A DNA stretch of 63,606 nt, the filler included, from Chiloscyllium plagiosum (Eukaryota): NCBI RefSeq assembly GCF_004010195.1. It is 4 parts of one record of this genome, joined end to end, with 100 filler letters (N's around TTAATTAATTAA, not from the genome) between each part and the next. Parts side by side here need not be neighbours in the genome. Positions count along the whole stretch, not along the records: positions 30,857 to 55,260 come from NC_057714.1; 3 more parts are not named here. One strand, 5' to 3'. Position 1 is the stretch's first letter; the number at the start of each line of letters is the position of its first letter. The position numbers and the translations under genes were made by a program. Positions 37,915 through 50,629 of this stretch are shown here, piece after piece. The notes beneath the pieces were generated by a model that had not been told where the DNA came from, searched no databases, and saw nothing but the letters and a program-made list of their open reading frames with translations.

Positions 37915-40900
37915 GTTTCAGGCTTCTTCATTTTTTCGGCAGCAATTGGAGCAGGAGGAGCAAAAGCCAGAACCAGTGCCCCACGGGAAGGTATTTTTTT
38001 TAGTATAAAAACTTACCTCTGGAGTTTCAGGTATATATTTTGGCAGCAGCTGAATCCCAAGACACTACATGTGTTTGGCTCCCATCCGCCCTCCTCCTTT
38101 AACCAAATAAAAGGACTCTCACGTTTTGCTAACGGAAGGTGTTTCAATAGATATTTCTTGTGTATCATGTGATTGATTAAAAGTTTACTATTAGTTGGTT
38201 AGTTGAATAAGATGACAGAGAAGTACTAAAAATTATTTAACTCATAAATTTGTATAAATTAATTAAATAAGTAGAGATGGCTGGAGAGGTGATGTGCAGT
38301 AGCTGTATGATGTGGGAGCTGGCTGATCCCATTGTGAACAGCAGTGGCCACATTTGCAGCAAGTGTTGGTTGCTAGAAGAACTCCAGACCAGAATTGATG
38401 ATCTGAAACTTGAGCTTCAAACTCTGCGGCACATTTGGGAGGGGGAAAGTTACCTGGACACTCTGTTTCAGGAGGCAGTCACACCAAGTAGATTAAGTAA
38501 TTCAAATTCAGTTAGTGATCAGGAACAACAGGATGTGACTGTAAGTGAGGCAGGTAGGGGGATTCTGAAATCAGGAGTGGAGGAGCTTCAGCCCTTGACC
38601 TTGTCCAACAGGTATGAGATTTTTGCTCCCTGTATAGATGAGGAAAAGGGCTGTAGACAGGATGAGCCAGCTGACCACGGCACCATGGTGCAAAAGGCCA
38701 TTCAAGAGGGGGAGCAAAAAGACATGCAGTTTTTATAGGGGATTCTATAATTTGGGGGTCAGATAGTACCCTTTGTGATCCAGATCGGGAGTCCCGCATG
38801 GTGTGTTGCCTGCCCGGTGCCAGGGTACAGGACATTTCCGATCGGCTTGAAAGAATATTGGAATGGGAGGGAGAGGATTCAGTTGTGGTCCACGTTAGCA
38901 CAAACAACATAGGCAAGGCTAGGAAGGAGGATCTGTTTGGGAAGTGTCAAGCACTAGGAAGAAATTTGAAGAACAGGTCCTCGAGGGTCATAATCTCTGG
39001 ATTACTGCCCGAGTTACGTGTTAATTGGCATAGGGATAAGAAAATTAGGGAAGTAGATGTGTGGCTAAGAGATTGGTGTGGGAAAGAGGGATTCCATTTC
39101 ATGGGGTATTGGCATCAGTTTTGTAACCGGGGAAATCTGTACCGATGGGACGGTCTCCACCTGAACCGATCTGGTGTAAAGGATATATAAGGTGGTCACA
39201 AGGACTTATGAGTCAGGGGGAAGGGAAAAGGAAAGCAACAGCGAGTATGGGGTCAAGTAGAAAGATAAGCAGCAGGTTATCATGTGTGCAGGGTTTAAGT
39301 TCTAGGCAGACTAGCGTGAAGCAAAAAGGAAGGATAACTTAGGATATACTACTAGAGGTGATGGAAATCACGAGGAAAAGAAAATTAGCATTAAGGTGCT
39401 TTACCTGAATGCTCGTGGTACTCATAGAGTCATAGAGATGTATAGCATGGAAACAGACCCTTCGGTCCAACCCAATCTAGTCCCACCAGCCAGCACCCGG
39501 CCCATATTCCTCCAAACCCTTCCTATTCATATACCCATTCAAATGCCTCTTAAATGTTGCAATTGTACCAGCCTCCACCACTTCCTCTGGCAGCTCATTC
39601 CATACACCTACCACCCTCTGCGTGAAAACGTTGCCCCTTAGGTCTCTTTTATATCTTTCCCCTCTCCCCCTAAACCTATGCCCTCTAGTTCTGGACTCCC
39701 CGATCCCAGGGAAAAGACTTTGTCTATTTATCCTATCCATGCCCCTCATAATTTTGTAAACCAAGTAGATGAATTAACAGCAGAAATCATTGTGAATGAT
39801 TATGATGTGGTAGGCATCACAGAGACGTGATTGCAGTTAAACATCCAAGGATTTATAACTTATGGAAAAGACAGGGAGATGGGCAGAGGGGATTGGGTTG
39901 TCTTGCTAGTTAAGAATGAAATTAAATATATGGCGCTGATTGATATAGGGTCAGATGCTGTGGAGTCTGTGTGGGTGGAGTTGAGGAACCACAAAGGCAA
40001 AAAACCATAATGGGAGTTATGGTACAGAACCCCCAGTAGTGGTCAGGACCGGGGTGCAAGATGTACCGGGAAATAGATAGGGCATGTCAGAAAAGCAAGG
40101 TCACGGTGATCATGGGGGATTTCAATATTTAAATGGACTGGGTGAATAATGTTGCCGGTGGATCCAAAGAAAGGGAATTCATGGAATGCTAACAGGATGG
40201 CTTTTTGGAACAGCTTGTGATGGAGCCCACAAGGGAGCAAGCTATGCTGGACTTAATGCTATGTAATGAACCAGACTTTATAAAAGTAAGGGAACACTTA
40301 GGTGACAGCGATCATAATATGATAGAGTTCAAACTGCAGTTAGAAAGAGAGAAGGCAAAATCAGATGTAATGGTGTTACAGTTAAATAAAGGTAATCACA
40401 AGGACATGAGAGAGGAACTGACGAAAATCGACTGGAATCAGAGTCCAGTGGTGAAGACAGCAGGCGTTCCTGGTGTAATTGAGGACACAGTACAGAGTTC
40501 ATCCCAAAGAAAAGAAAGATTATCCAGGGAGTGGGGATTAGATGGCCATGGCTGACATAAGAAATCAGGACATGTATCAAAGAAAAAGAGAGAGCCTAGA
40601 AAGTGGCCAAGAGCAGTGGGAAATCAGAAGATTGGGAAGACTACAAAAACAAACAGAGGATAACTAAGAGAGGAGTAAGGAAGGAGAAGATCAAATATGA
40701 AGGTACGCTAGCCAGTAATATTAGAAATGATAGTAAAAGTTTCTTTCAGTACATAAGAAACAAACGAGAGGCAAAAGTAGAAATTGGCCACTCCAAATTG
40801 ATGCAGGGAGGCAAGGAATAGGTGATGAATTTAATAGATACTTTGAGTCAGTCTCCACAGTGAAAGACATGAGTAATATCCCAACAATCAAGGAGAGTCA

Positions 40901-42526
40901 AGGAGCAGAGTTGAGTATTGTAGCCATTACAAAAGAGAAAGTGCTAGAAAAGCTGAAAGATCTAAAATTGATAAATCTCCTGGTCCTGATGGGCTACATC
41001 CTAGAGTTCTGAGGGAGGTGGCTGAAGAAATAACGGAGGCGTTGATTGTAATCTTTCAAAAATCACTAGAGTCAGGGAAAGTCTCAGATGGTTAGAAAAT
41101 CGCTGTTCTAACCCTCTTGTTCAAGAAAGGATCAAGACAAAAGATGGAAAATTATAGGCTGATTAGCCTAACCTCGGTTGTAGGTAAAATTCTAGAATCC
41201 ATAGTAAAGGATGAGGTTTCTAAATTCTTGGAAGTGCAGGGTCAGATTAGAACAAGTCAGTGTGGATTTAGTAAGGGGAGATCATGTCTGACAAACCTGT
41301 TAGAATTCTTTGAAGAGGTAACAAGTAGGTTAGACCAGGGAGACCCAGTGGATGTTATCTACCTAGACTTCCAAAAGGCCTTTGATAAGGTGCCTCGATG
41401 GGAGACTGCGAGTAAGGTGAGGGCCCATGGTGTTCGAGATGAGCTACTGGCATGGATTGAGGATTGGCTGTCTGACAGACGGCAGAGGGTTGGGATAAAA
41501 TGTTCTTTTTTGGAAATGCAGCTAGTGACAAGTGGTGTCCTGCAGGGTTCAGTGTTGGGGATGCAGTTGTTCACTTTATATATTAATGATCTGGATGAAG
41601 GGACTGGAGGCATTCTGGCAAAGTTTGCTGATGATACGAAGTTAGGCCGACAGGCAAGTAGTACTGAGGAGGTGGGGAGGCTGCAGAAAGATTTAGACAG
41701 TTTAGGAAAGTGGTCCAAGAAAAGGCTGATGAAATTCAATGTGAGAAAATGCAAGGTCTTTCACTTCCGAAAACAGAAGACAGGGACAGACGGACTGTTT
41801 TCTAAATGGTGAGAAAATTCCTAAAGCCAAAGTACGAAGGGATCTGGGAGCACTAGTCCAGGTTTCTCTAAAGGTTGACTTGCAGGTTGAGTCCATGGTT
41901 AAGAAAGCAAATGTAATCTTGTCATTTATCTCAACAGTGATGTTCTACTGAGACTTTATAAAGCTCTGGTCAGGCCCCATTTAGAATACTGTGTCCAATT
42001 TTGGGCTCACACCTCAGGAAGGACATACTGACACTGGAGCATGTCCAGTGAAAATTCACACAGATGATCCCTGGAATGGTAGGCCTTACATACGATGAAC
42101 AGCTGAGGATCCTGAGATTGTATTCATTAATAGTTTAGAAGGATGAGGGGAGATCTAATAGAAACTTAAAAGATAATGCATGGCTTAGAAAGGGTGGACG
42201 CTGGGAATTTGTTTCCGTCAGGTGGGGATACTAGGACTCGTGGGCACAGCCTTAGAATTAGAGGGGGTCAATTTAAAATGGAAAGGAGGAGACTTTTATT
42301 CAGCCAGAAAGTGGTGGGCCTGTGGAATTCATTGCCTAGGAGCACAGTGGAGGCCAGAATGTTAAATGTCTTCAAGGCAGAGATTGATAAATTCTTAATC
42401 TCGCTAGAAATTAAGGGATACAGGGACATTGCAGGTACGTGGTGCTGAAATGCCCATCAGCCATGACTGAATGGCAGAGTGGACCCGATGGGCTGAATTA
42501 CCTTACTTCCACTCCTATGTTTTATG
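37915..42526 (+). mobile_element. Near full-length CR1 LINE (5'UTR, ORF1 Zn-finger + SGNH esterase, ORF2 APE-RT)
   Basis: ORF1 from 38277 (MAGEVMCSSC...ICSKC), GDS, VHVSTNNIG and DGLHLN. ORF2 LYLNAR, SDHN, DFQKAFDKV and FADD. Tail ctcctatgttttatg. Disrupted by stops and frameshifts. Confidence 0.93.
39422..39762 (-). mobile_element. CR1 3' end inserted at the start of ORF2 of the host CR1
   Basis: catagagtcatagag tail and VYKIMRG...FTQRVV..WNELP. Confidence 0.9.
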
Positions 42527-42792
42527 TCCACACCAACCCTCCGAAGAGTAAACCACCCAGACTTATTCCCCTACCCTATATTTACCCCTGACCAAAGCAC
42601 CTAACACCATGGGCATGACCAATTCACCTGACCTACACACCTTTGGATTGTGGGAGGAAACCAGAGCACCCGGAGGAAATCTGCACAGACACAGGGAGAA
42701 TATGCAAACTCCACACACACAGTCGCCCAAGGGGGAATCGAACCTGGGTCCCTGGTTCTGTGAGGCAACAGTGCTAACCACTGTGCTGCCCC
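42527..42792 (-). mobile_element. HE1-type SINE
   Basis: Minus-strand box A/B (ggttagcactg, ggttcgattcc) and HE1 core. Confidence 0.9.
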
Positions 42793-42999
42793 AATGCAGT
42801 TTTGGGGTCCTTAGGTGAGGAAGCATGTTTATTAACAACACTATTCGCATAACGACAATATCAGAGTTACATGTGTTCTGGGTTGTGTATATTAAAGTAC
42901 ATTGCAAACACAATTGGCTAAGCACGTTACACTTACTCCATAAGATAAATTGACTGAAGTTGATGCTGGAATGTCACTCAATACTATGTAATTATCTTA

Positions 43000-43265
43000 A
43001 ACGTACAGGTCTGTCGGGTCTGGAAGTTTTGCCATGATGCATTAGGAATGTGCAATTATTAGGGAGCAATGTTCAGCACCATTCATGACTCCGAAATTAC
43101 AAAAGCAGTCTGTGGCTGTGAGCAAAATAATGTCTATTTCCAACAACAGGGTATTTATCTATTATCCCTTGACATTAGCATAGCTGAATTACCACTACCA
43201 ATATTAACTGGAAACTGAGCTGAACCATCCATGTAAATATGATGGTTACAGCAACAGGTCAAAGT
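43000..43265 (+). mobile_element. Old LINE RT 3' relic (different CR1/L2-like family)
   Basis: cccttgacatt...aactggaaactgagctgaacc...aaatatgatggttaca pattern; strongly decayed. Confidence 0.4.
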
Positions 43266-45840
43266 AACTTAACTTCGGTCACCGAATACCTGGATGACAA
43301 GAATTTCAACAACACTCAAGACCTGGCATCAAGATGTTGGTAGTGGAGTAGGCAGTATCTGGGTTCCTGAGCCTGGGGCTTGTCCACTCTGTCCACTTTT
43401 CTTTCTTTTATTCTCATTTTTGGTTTTCTTTTTAATTTTTCCTTCTATTTACCATCCGAGGAGAGCTCAGTCATAGCAGAATCAGCAGCAACTGCATCGA
43501 CAGTGAAGGTGGAAGGCTGTAAGAAGGTGACTTCTTCAGGATCCAAAGCCAAAGTGTAGCGGCAACTGATGAGCCTGGAATGGGCTCAAACTTGGCCTTC
43601 CTCCAATTTAGAACTTTAACTTTTAGTTTAGGTCTATCCTTTTCCATAGCTACTTTAAAACCAATAGAATTATGATCACTGGCCCCAAAGTGCACCCCAC
43701 TGGCATTTCAGTCACTTGCCCTACCTTATTTCCCAAGAGAAGATTATGTTTTGCTCCTTCTCTAGTAGGAGCATGTACTGAATAAGAAGATTTTCTTGTA
43801 CACACGTAACAAGTCTTTCTCCATCCAAGTCCTTAACATTATGGCAGTCCAGTCCATGTTTGGAAACTTAAAATTCCCAACCATTACAATCATATCATGA
43901 CAGATATATGAGATCTCCTTACAAATTTGCTTCTCAATTTCTGCTGACGACTGGGGTCCAACAGTACAATCCCAATCAGGTGATCATTGCTTTCTTATTT
44001 CTCAGTTCCACTGAAATAACTTCACTGGATGTACTCCCAGGAGCATCCTCTCCAAGTATAGCCTTAAAAATATTCCTGACCAAAAACACCACTCCCTCTC
44101 CTCTTTTCTCCCTCTTTCTATCCTTCCTATAGCATCAATACTCTAGAACATTAGGCTGTCAGTCCTGCACTTCCCTGAGCTATGTTTCTATAATAACTAT
44201 GATATCCCAGTCCCATGTTCCCAACCATTCCCTAAGTTCATCTGCCTTACTTGGCAGCCCTCTTCTTTTGAAATAATTGCAGTTTAATTTCTCAGTATTA
44301 CCTTGATCTCTGCATTGCTCTTACCTGTCGTGACTATTTGACTTGCTGATCTTCTCAGCTGTACTAGCCTCAGACTTATGCCTTTTCTCACTATGTCTTT
44401 GGGTCCTGCTGTACTATTTTGAAGCCTCCTGAGTAGCACTAGCAAATCTCCCCGTCAGGATATTGGTCCCCTTTCAATTCAGGTGCAGACTGACCTTCTT
44501 GTACACGGCGCTTCTACCCCTGAAGAGATTCCAATGATCAAAAAATGCAAATTCCTGCCACCTGCACCAACACCTCAGCCACGCATTCATCTGATCCATC
44601 CATTATTCATCCTCCATCATGGTGCAGGGAGTAATCCAGATATTGTAGGGAATCTGTATGATTAGAGAAATTGAGGCTCTGGTTAAGAATAAGAAGGAGG
44701 CATCTGGCAGTATAGACAGAATTGAGTGCATCCTTCAATGAGTATACCTGCAATCAGCGTATACTCAAAAGGGAAGTAAGTAGGGCAAAAAGGGGACATG
44801 AGGTAGTTTTGGCAAATAGGGATAAGGAGAATCCAAAAACATCTGATAAATATATTAAAGGCAAAAGAGCAACCAGGGAGAGAATAAGGCCTCTTAAAGC
44901 TCAACAATGCTGTCTATGTGTGGAATTGCAGGGGTTGGGTGAGTTACTAAATAAGTATTTCATGTCAATATTTACTGTGGAAAATATGAAAGCTAGAGAA
45001 TGTGGAGAAATAAACAGTGATAACTTGAACAGAGTTATGTTACAGAGGAGGAAGTGCTGGATATTTTAAAACACATAAACATGGATAAATCCCCGAGATC
45101 TGATCAGTTGTATCCCAGAACTTTATGAGAAGCTTGGGAGATGATTGCTGGACCCTTGCTGAAATAATTGTATCATCAATAGTCACAGATGAGGTGACAG
45201 AAGACTGGAGGGAGGCTAATGTGGTGCCATTATTTAAGAAAGGTGGGAAGGAAAAGCCAGAGAACTATAGACCAGTGAGCCTGACATTGGTGGTGGCCAA
45301 GTTGTTGGAGGGGAATCTGAGGGACAGGATCTGTATTCATTTGGAAAGGCAAGAACTGATTTGGGATAGTCAACATGGCTTTGTGTGTGGGAAATTGTGC
45401 CCCACTAACTTGGTTGAGTTTTTTTGAAAAAAGTGACAACTGTGATGATGCTGCCCCTTTAACAAGGTTATGTTTCCCTTAGCTTGTTTTTTCAGAGAGG
45501 TTGTAAAAGGCACAGACTCCCAAAAAGGCTGGGTTTCGATTGGTTTTAGGGCCAAGTTGATTATAGCTAACAGATATTGCCTCAGGTAAAAGGATTTTAA
45601 GATTAAAAAAAACAAATGCACAATGAAAAGAAAGCGGCCATTTCTCCCAGTTCAGCTTTTCTTTGGTTTATTTTTTTTTGACAGTCTGACTATTCACTGA
45701 AAGCAGTCAGGCACTTGTAAAAGCTGCTGGACCCAAAGAAGCAGGTCCACACTGATCCTTCTCTCTCTCTGACATGAGGAGGATCCTGTAAGACCCTGTG
45801 TTTGATTCTACCTTTTGTGCCATGGGGTTGTTATGGGTAG

Positions 45841-47052
45841 GAACATAAAACATACAACAGTATGCACTGTACACGCCCTTCACCCCTCAATGCTGTGCTG
45901 GCCTTTTATCCTACTCTAAGATCAGACTAACTACATACTCTTCATTGTACTATCTTCCATGTGCCTATTCAAGAGACGCTTAAATATCCCTAATGTATCT
46001 GACTCTACTACCACTGCTGGCAGTGCATTCCACATGCCCACCACTCTCTGTGTGAAGAACCTGCCTCTGACATCTCCCCTAAACCTTCCTCCAATTGCCC
46101 CCTTGTGATAGACATTTCCACCTTGGGAAAACGTGTCTGGCTATCCACTCTATCCATACCTCTCAACATCTTGTAAACCTCTATCAAGTCACCTCGCATC
46201 TTTCTTCTTTCCAATGAGAAAAGCCCTAGATCCCTCAACCTTTTTGATAAGACATGCCCACTAGTCCAGGCAGCATCCTGGTAAATCTCCTCTGCACCAT
46301 CGCTAAAGCTTCCACATCTTTCCTATAATGTGACATCCAGAACTGAGCACAATGTTCCAAGTGTGGTCTAACCAGGGCTCTGTAGAACTGCATCATAACC
46401 TCACGGCTCTCAAACTTAATCCCCCTGCTAATGAAAGCCAACACACCATACGCCTTCTTAACAACCCTATCAACCTGGGTGGCAACTTTGAGGGATCTAT
46501 GGACATGGACGCCGAAATCCTCTGTTCTTCCATACTGCCAAGAATCCTGTCTGTAACCTTGTATTCTGCATTCAAATTTGACCTTCCAAAGTGAATGACT
46601 TCACACTTTTCCAGATTGAACTCCTACTGCCACTTATCAGCCCAGTTTTAGATTAGATTAGATTAGATTACAGTGTGGAAACAGGCCCTTCGGCCCAACA
46701 AGTCCACACCGACCCGCCGAAGCGAAACCCACCCATACCCCTACATTTACCCCTTACCTAACACTACAGGCAATTTAGCATGGCCAATTCACCTGACCCT
46801 GCACATCTTTGGACTGTGGGAGGAAACCGGAGCACCCGGAGGAAACCCACGCAGACACGGGGAGAACATGCAAACTCCACACAGTCAGTCGCCTGAGGCG
46901 GGAATTGAACCCGGGTCTCTGGCACTGTGAGGCAGCAGTGCTAACCACTGTGCCACCGTGCCGCCAATGTCCTGTTGCAATCTACAACAGCCCTCCACAC
47001 TATCCACAGCTCTACCAACCTTCATGTCATCGGCAAACTTACTAATCCATTC
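45841..47052 (-). mobile_element. 5'-truncated CR1 LINE inside the solo LTR
   Basis: 3' tail at 45841, RPHLEHCAQFW, FADD near 47030. Confidence 0.9.
46648..46965 (-). mobile_element. Young full-length HE1-type SINE
   Basis: CpG-rich, intact box A/B, gggccgaagggcc stem-loop and (taatc)n tail. Confidence 0.95.
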
Positions 47053-48439
47053 TTGTAACAGCATTGTTAAGTTGGGATGATTAGTTGGGTTTTCGGATAG
47101 GTTAAGTTACTAAGTAGTCTGTTCTCTTTTGTTTGTGTTCTTCAGTAATCTTGTAAATAAGTTCTGTTTTGTTTAAAAATAAGTGGTTTGACCAGCTGCA
47201 TCACTCCTGGAATATCTGTGTTACACCTGCTTAAAACAACTAGCAAAGTTAGGGTCTGGGCTAATTCCTTGAAATGTTTTGAGGGGGTCTGGCCTGGTCC
47301 ATAACACAAAGAAGATGATGAAGGCAAAATAGTGGACGTTGTCTATATGGATGTGAGCATGGTAGACTCATTGGCAAGTTTAGATCATATGGAATCCAGG
47401 GAGAGCTAGACATATATAATATATATACACAAAATTGGCTTGAGGGTAGGAGACAAAGGGTGGTGGTGGAGGTTTTTTTGACTGGAAGCCTGCGACCAAC
47501 AGGGTGCTGCAAGGATCAGTACTGAGTCCACAGCTTTTTGTCATTTATGTAAATGATTTGTCTGTAAATTTTGAAAGAATGGTTAGTAAATTTGCAGATG
47601 ACGTCCAAATTGGTGGTGTAATGCACAGTGAAGAAGATTATCTCAGAATTCAATGGGACCTTGATCAGCTGGGCCAATGGCTGAAGAGTGGCAGATGGAG
47701 TTTAATTTAGATGAATGCGAAGTGCTGCATTTTGGTAAGGCAAATCAGGGCAGGACGTTTACACCTGATGGTAAGTCCTGGGGAGTTTTGCCAAACAAAG
47801 AGACCTTGGGGCGCAACTTGATAGTTCCTTGAAGATGGAGTCACAAGTAAACAGGATTGTGAAGAATGCTTTTGGCATGCTTGCCTTTATTGGTCACTGC
47901 ATTGAGTATAGGAGTTGGGAGGTCATGTTGTGGCTGTACATGACATTGGTTAGGCCACTTTTGGAATACTACATTCAGTTCTGGTTTCCCTGCTTTCGGA
48001 AGGATGTTGTTAAACTTGAAATGATGCAGAAAAGATTTACTTGGATATTGCCAGGGTTGGAGGATTTGAGCTAAAGGGAAAGTCTGAATAGTGTGGGGCT
48101 ATTTTCCCTGGAGTGTTGGATGGTGAGGGATGAACTTACAGAGGTTTATAAAATCATAAAGGGCATGGATAGGATGAATAGCCAAGAAAGATATAAAAGG
48201 GACCTAAGAGGCAACATTTTCACTGAGAGGATGGTGCTTTTGTGGAATGAATTGCAAGAGGAAGTGATGGAGGCTGGTACAATTACAACATGTGAAAGGC
48301 ATCTGGATGGATGTGTTTAGAGGGATATGAGCCAAATGCGGGCAAATGGGACTAGATGAACTTAGCATTTCTGGTCGTATGGGTAAGTTGGATCATACTT
48401 GGAGTTGTTTGCATACTATATGACTCTACCTGTGCCACA

Positions 48440-49355
48440 CACAACTGGCATAAGGTAAGTAAAGTCAAAAAGCTAACTGTGTGGCTCAAAGATTGGTTTG
48501 GAGGAATGGGTTCATAGGCACTGGCAGCAGGACTGGAGTAGAAGGGAATTGTTCCAGTGAGATTGGTTTCTCTTGAATCATGCTGGGGCAGTATCCTGGT
48601 AAATCAAGAGAGTGCTTTAAACCAAACAAAGGGGGAGATGGTTCATGGGAGGGAATACATAGGCTTACAAAGCAAAAGGTTATGGCAGTGTTACAGGGCA
48701 GCTATTTGAATAATGATACATCTGAAATACTGTGTACAGTTCTGGTCATCACACTGTAGGCTTTTGAGAAGATAGATATTGCCTGTACTTGAGTCTATTA
48801 GTTATTAGGAAAGGTTTCAGGAACTTGGATCATTTTCACAACAGTGTCATAGGCTGATGGGTGACCAAACAGAAGTGTATAAAATTATGAGAGGCATGAA
48901 TAGGGTAGGTACTTGGAGTCTTAATTCCCAGGGGAAAATATCAAATACTAGGGGACATAGGTTTACGGTGAGAAGGGAAAAGTTTAAGGGAGATGAGGAA
49001 GGCAAGTTTTTTACAAGGAGGGTGGTAGGTGCCTGGAACACACTGCCAGGGGAAATGATAGAAGTAGGTATGTTAACAATGTTTAGGAGGCATTCAAACA
49101 GACACATGAACATGGACTTTAGCAAAGCCTTTGACAAGGTTCCACATGGTAGACTAATTAATAAAGTTAGGTCACGTGATAGTCAGGGCGAACTTGCCAA
49201 TTGGATACAAACTTGGCTTAACGGCAGCAGACAGAGACTGGTGGTGGAGGGTGGTATTTTGGACTGGAAGCCTATTACCAGGGATGTTCCACAGGGATCA
49301 CTGCTGGGTCCACTTTTGTTTGTCATTTATACAAATGATTTAGATGAAAAAATGG
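48440..49355 (+). mobile_element. Mosaic of CR1 fragments (esterase relic, 3' end, RT piece)
   Basis: VYKIMRG..FFTRRVVGAWNTLP joined directly to MDFSKAFDKVPH..PQGSLLGP. Confidence 0.8.
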
Positions 49356-50628
49356 AGCATAGAACTGTACAGCACAGTACAGGCCCTTCGCTCTTTGAGG
49401 TTGTGCTGTCCTTTTACCCTACTCTAAGATCAAACTAATCTACATATCCCACATTTTACTATCATCCATGTGCCTCTCCAAGAGTCACTTAAATGTTCCT
49501 TATGTCTCTGACTCTACTACCACTGCTGGCAGTGCATTTCATGCACCCATCACTCTCTGAATAAAGAACCTACCTCTGACATCTCCCCTAAACCTTCCTC
49601 CAATTACCTTAAAATTATGTCCTCTTCTGATAGCCATTTCTGCCCTGGGAAAAAGTCTGGATATCCATTCTATCTATGCCTCTCATCATCTTGTACACCA
49701 CTATCAAGTCACCTCTTATCCTTCTTCGCTCCAATGAGAAAAGACCTAGCCCCTCACTCTTTCTTCACATAACATGCCCTCTAGTCCAGGCAGCATCCTG
49801 GTAAATCTCCTCTGCACCTATCTAAAGCTTCCACATCCTTCCTATAATGAGGCAACCAGAACTGAACACAATATTCCAAGTGTGGTCTAACCAGGGCTTT
49901 ATAGAGGTGCACCATAATCTCGCGGCTCTTAAACTCAATTCCCCTGCTAATGAAAGTGAACACACCATATGCCTTCTTAACAACCTTATCAACTTGGGTG
50001 GCAACTTTGAGGGATCTATGGACATGGACCCCAAGATCCCTCTGTTTGTCCATACTACAAAGATTCCTGCCTTTAAACCTGTAACCTGCATTCAAATTCG
50101 AACTTTCAAAATGAATCACTTCACACTTTTCCAGGTTGCACTCCATCTGCCACTAATCAGCTCAGCTCTGCATCCTGCCAAATTCCTGTTGCAACCTACA
50201 ACAGTCCTCCACACTATCCACAACTCCATCAACCTTCGTGTCATCAGCAAACTTACTAATTCGCCCTTCCACTTTGTCATCCAAGTAATTTATAAAAATG
50301 ACAACGAGCAGAGGTCCCAGAACAGATCTCTGCGGAACATCGCTGGTCACCCAGCTGCAGGCTGAATACTTTCCATCTACTACCTCCCTCTGTCTTCTAA
50401 GGGCCAGCCAATTTTGTATTCAGACAGCCAAATTTCCTTGTATCCCATGCCTCCTTTACTTTCTGAACGAGCCTACTATTGGGAACTTTATCAAATGCCT
50501 TGCTAAAATCCACATACACTACATCCACAGCTCTACCTTCACCAATGTGTTTTGTCACATCCTCAAAGAATTCAATAAGGCTTGTGGGGTATGACCTGCC
50601 CCTCACAAAATCATGCTGACTATCTCTA
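49356..50628 (-). mobile_element. 5'-truncated CR1 LINE
   Basis: catagaactgtacagcac tail, DFSKAFDKV, FADD and [11 protein letters not shown]. Confidence 0.92.
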
Positions 50629-50629
50629 A

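Larger units (their letters stand above)
45441..47306 (+). mobile_element. Solo LTR (probably Gypsy) interrupted by CR1 + HE1
   Basis: TG...CA ends (tgtgatg / cataaca) and 4-bp flanks caac/caaa that split the host CR1 sequence gtgacaaagaag. About 650 bp net of insertions. Confidence 0.75.
43590..48430 (+). mobile_element. 5'-inverted CR1 LINE (43590-44645 antisense; 44650-45440 and 47307-48430 sense)
   Basis: The antisense part holds the esterase end and endonuclease. The sense part continues from the EN-RT linker through RT to the tatgactcta tail and is interrupted by a solo LTR. Confidence 0.8.
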
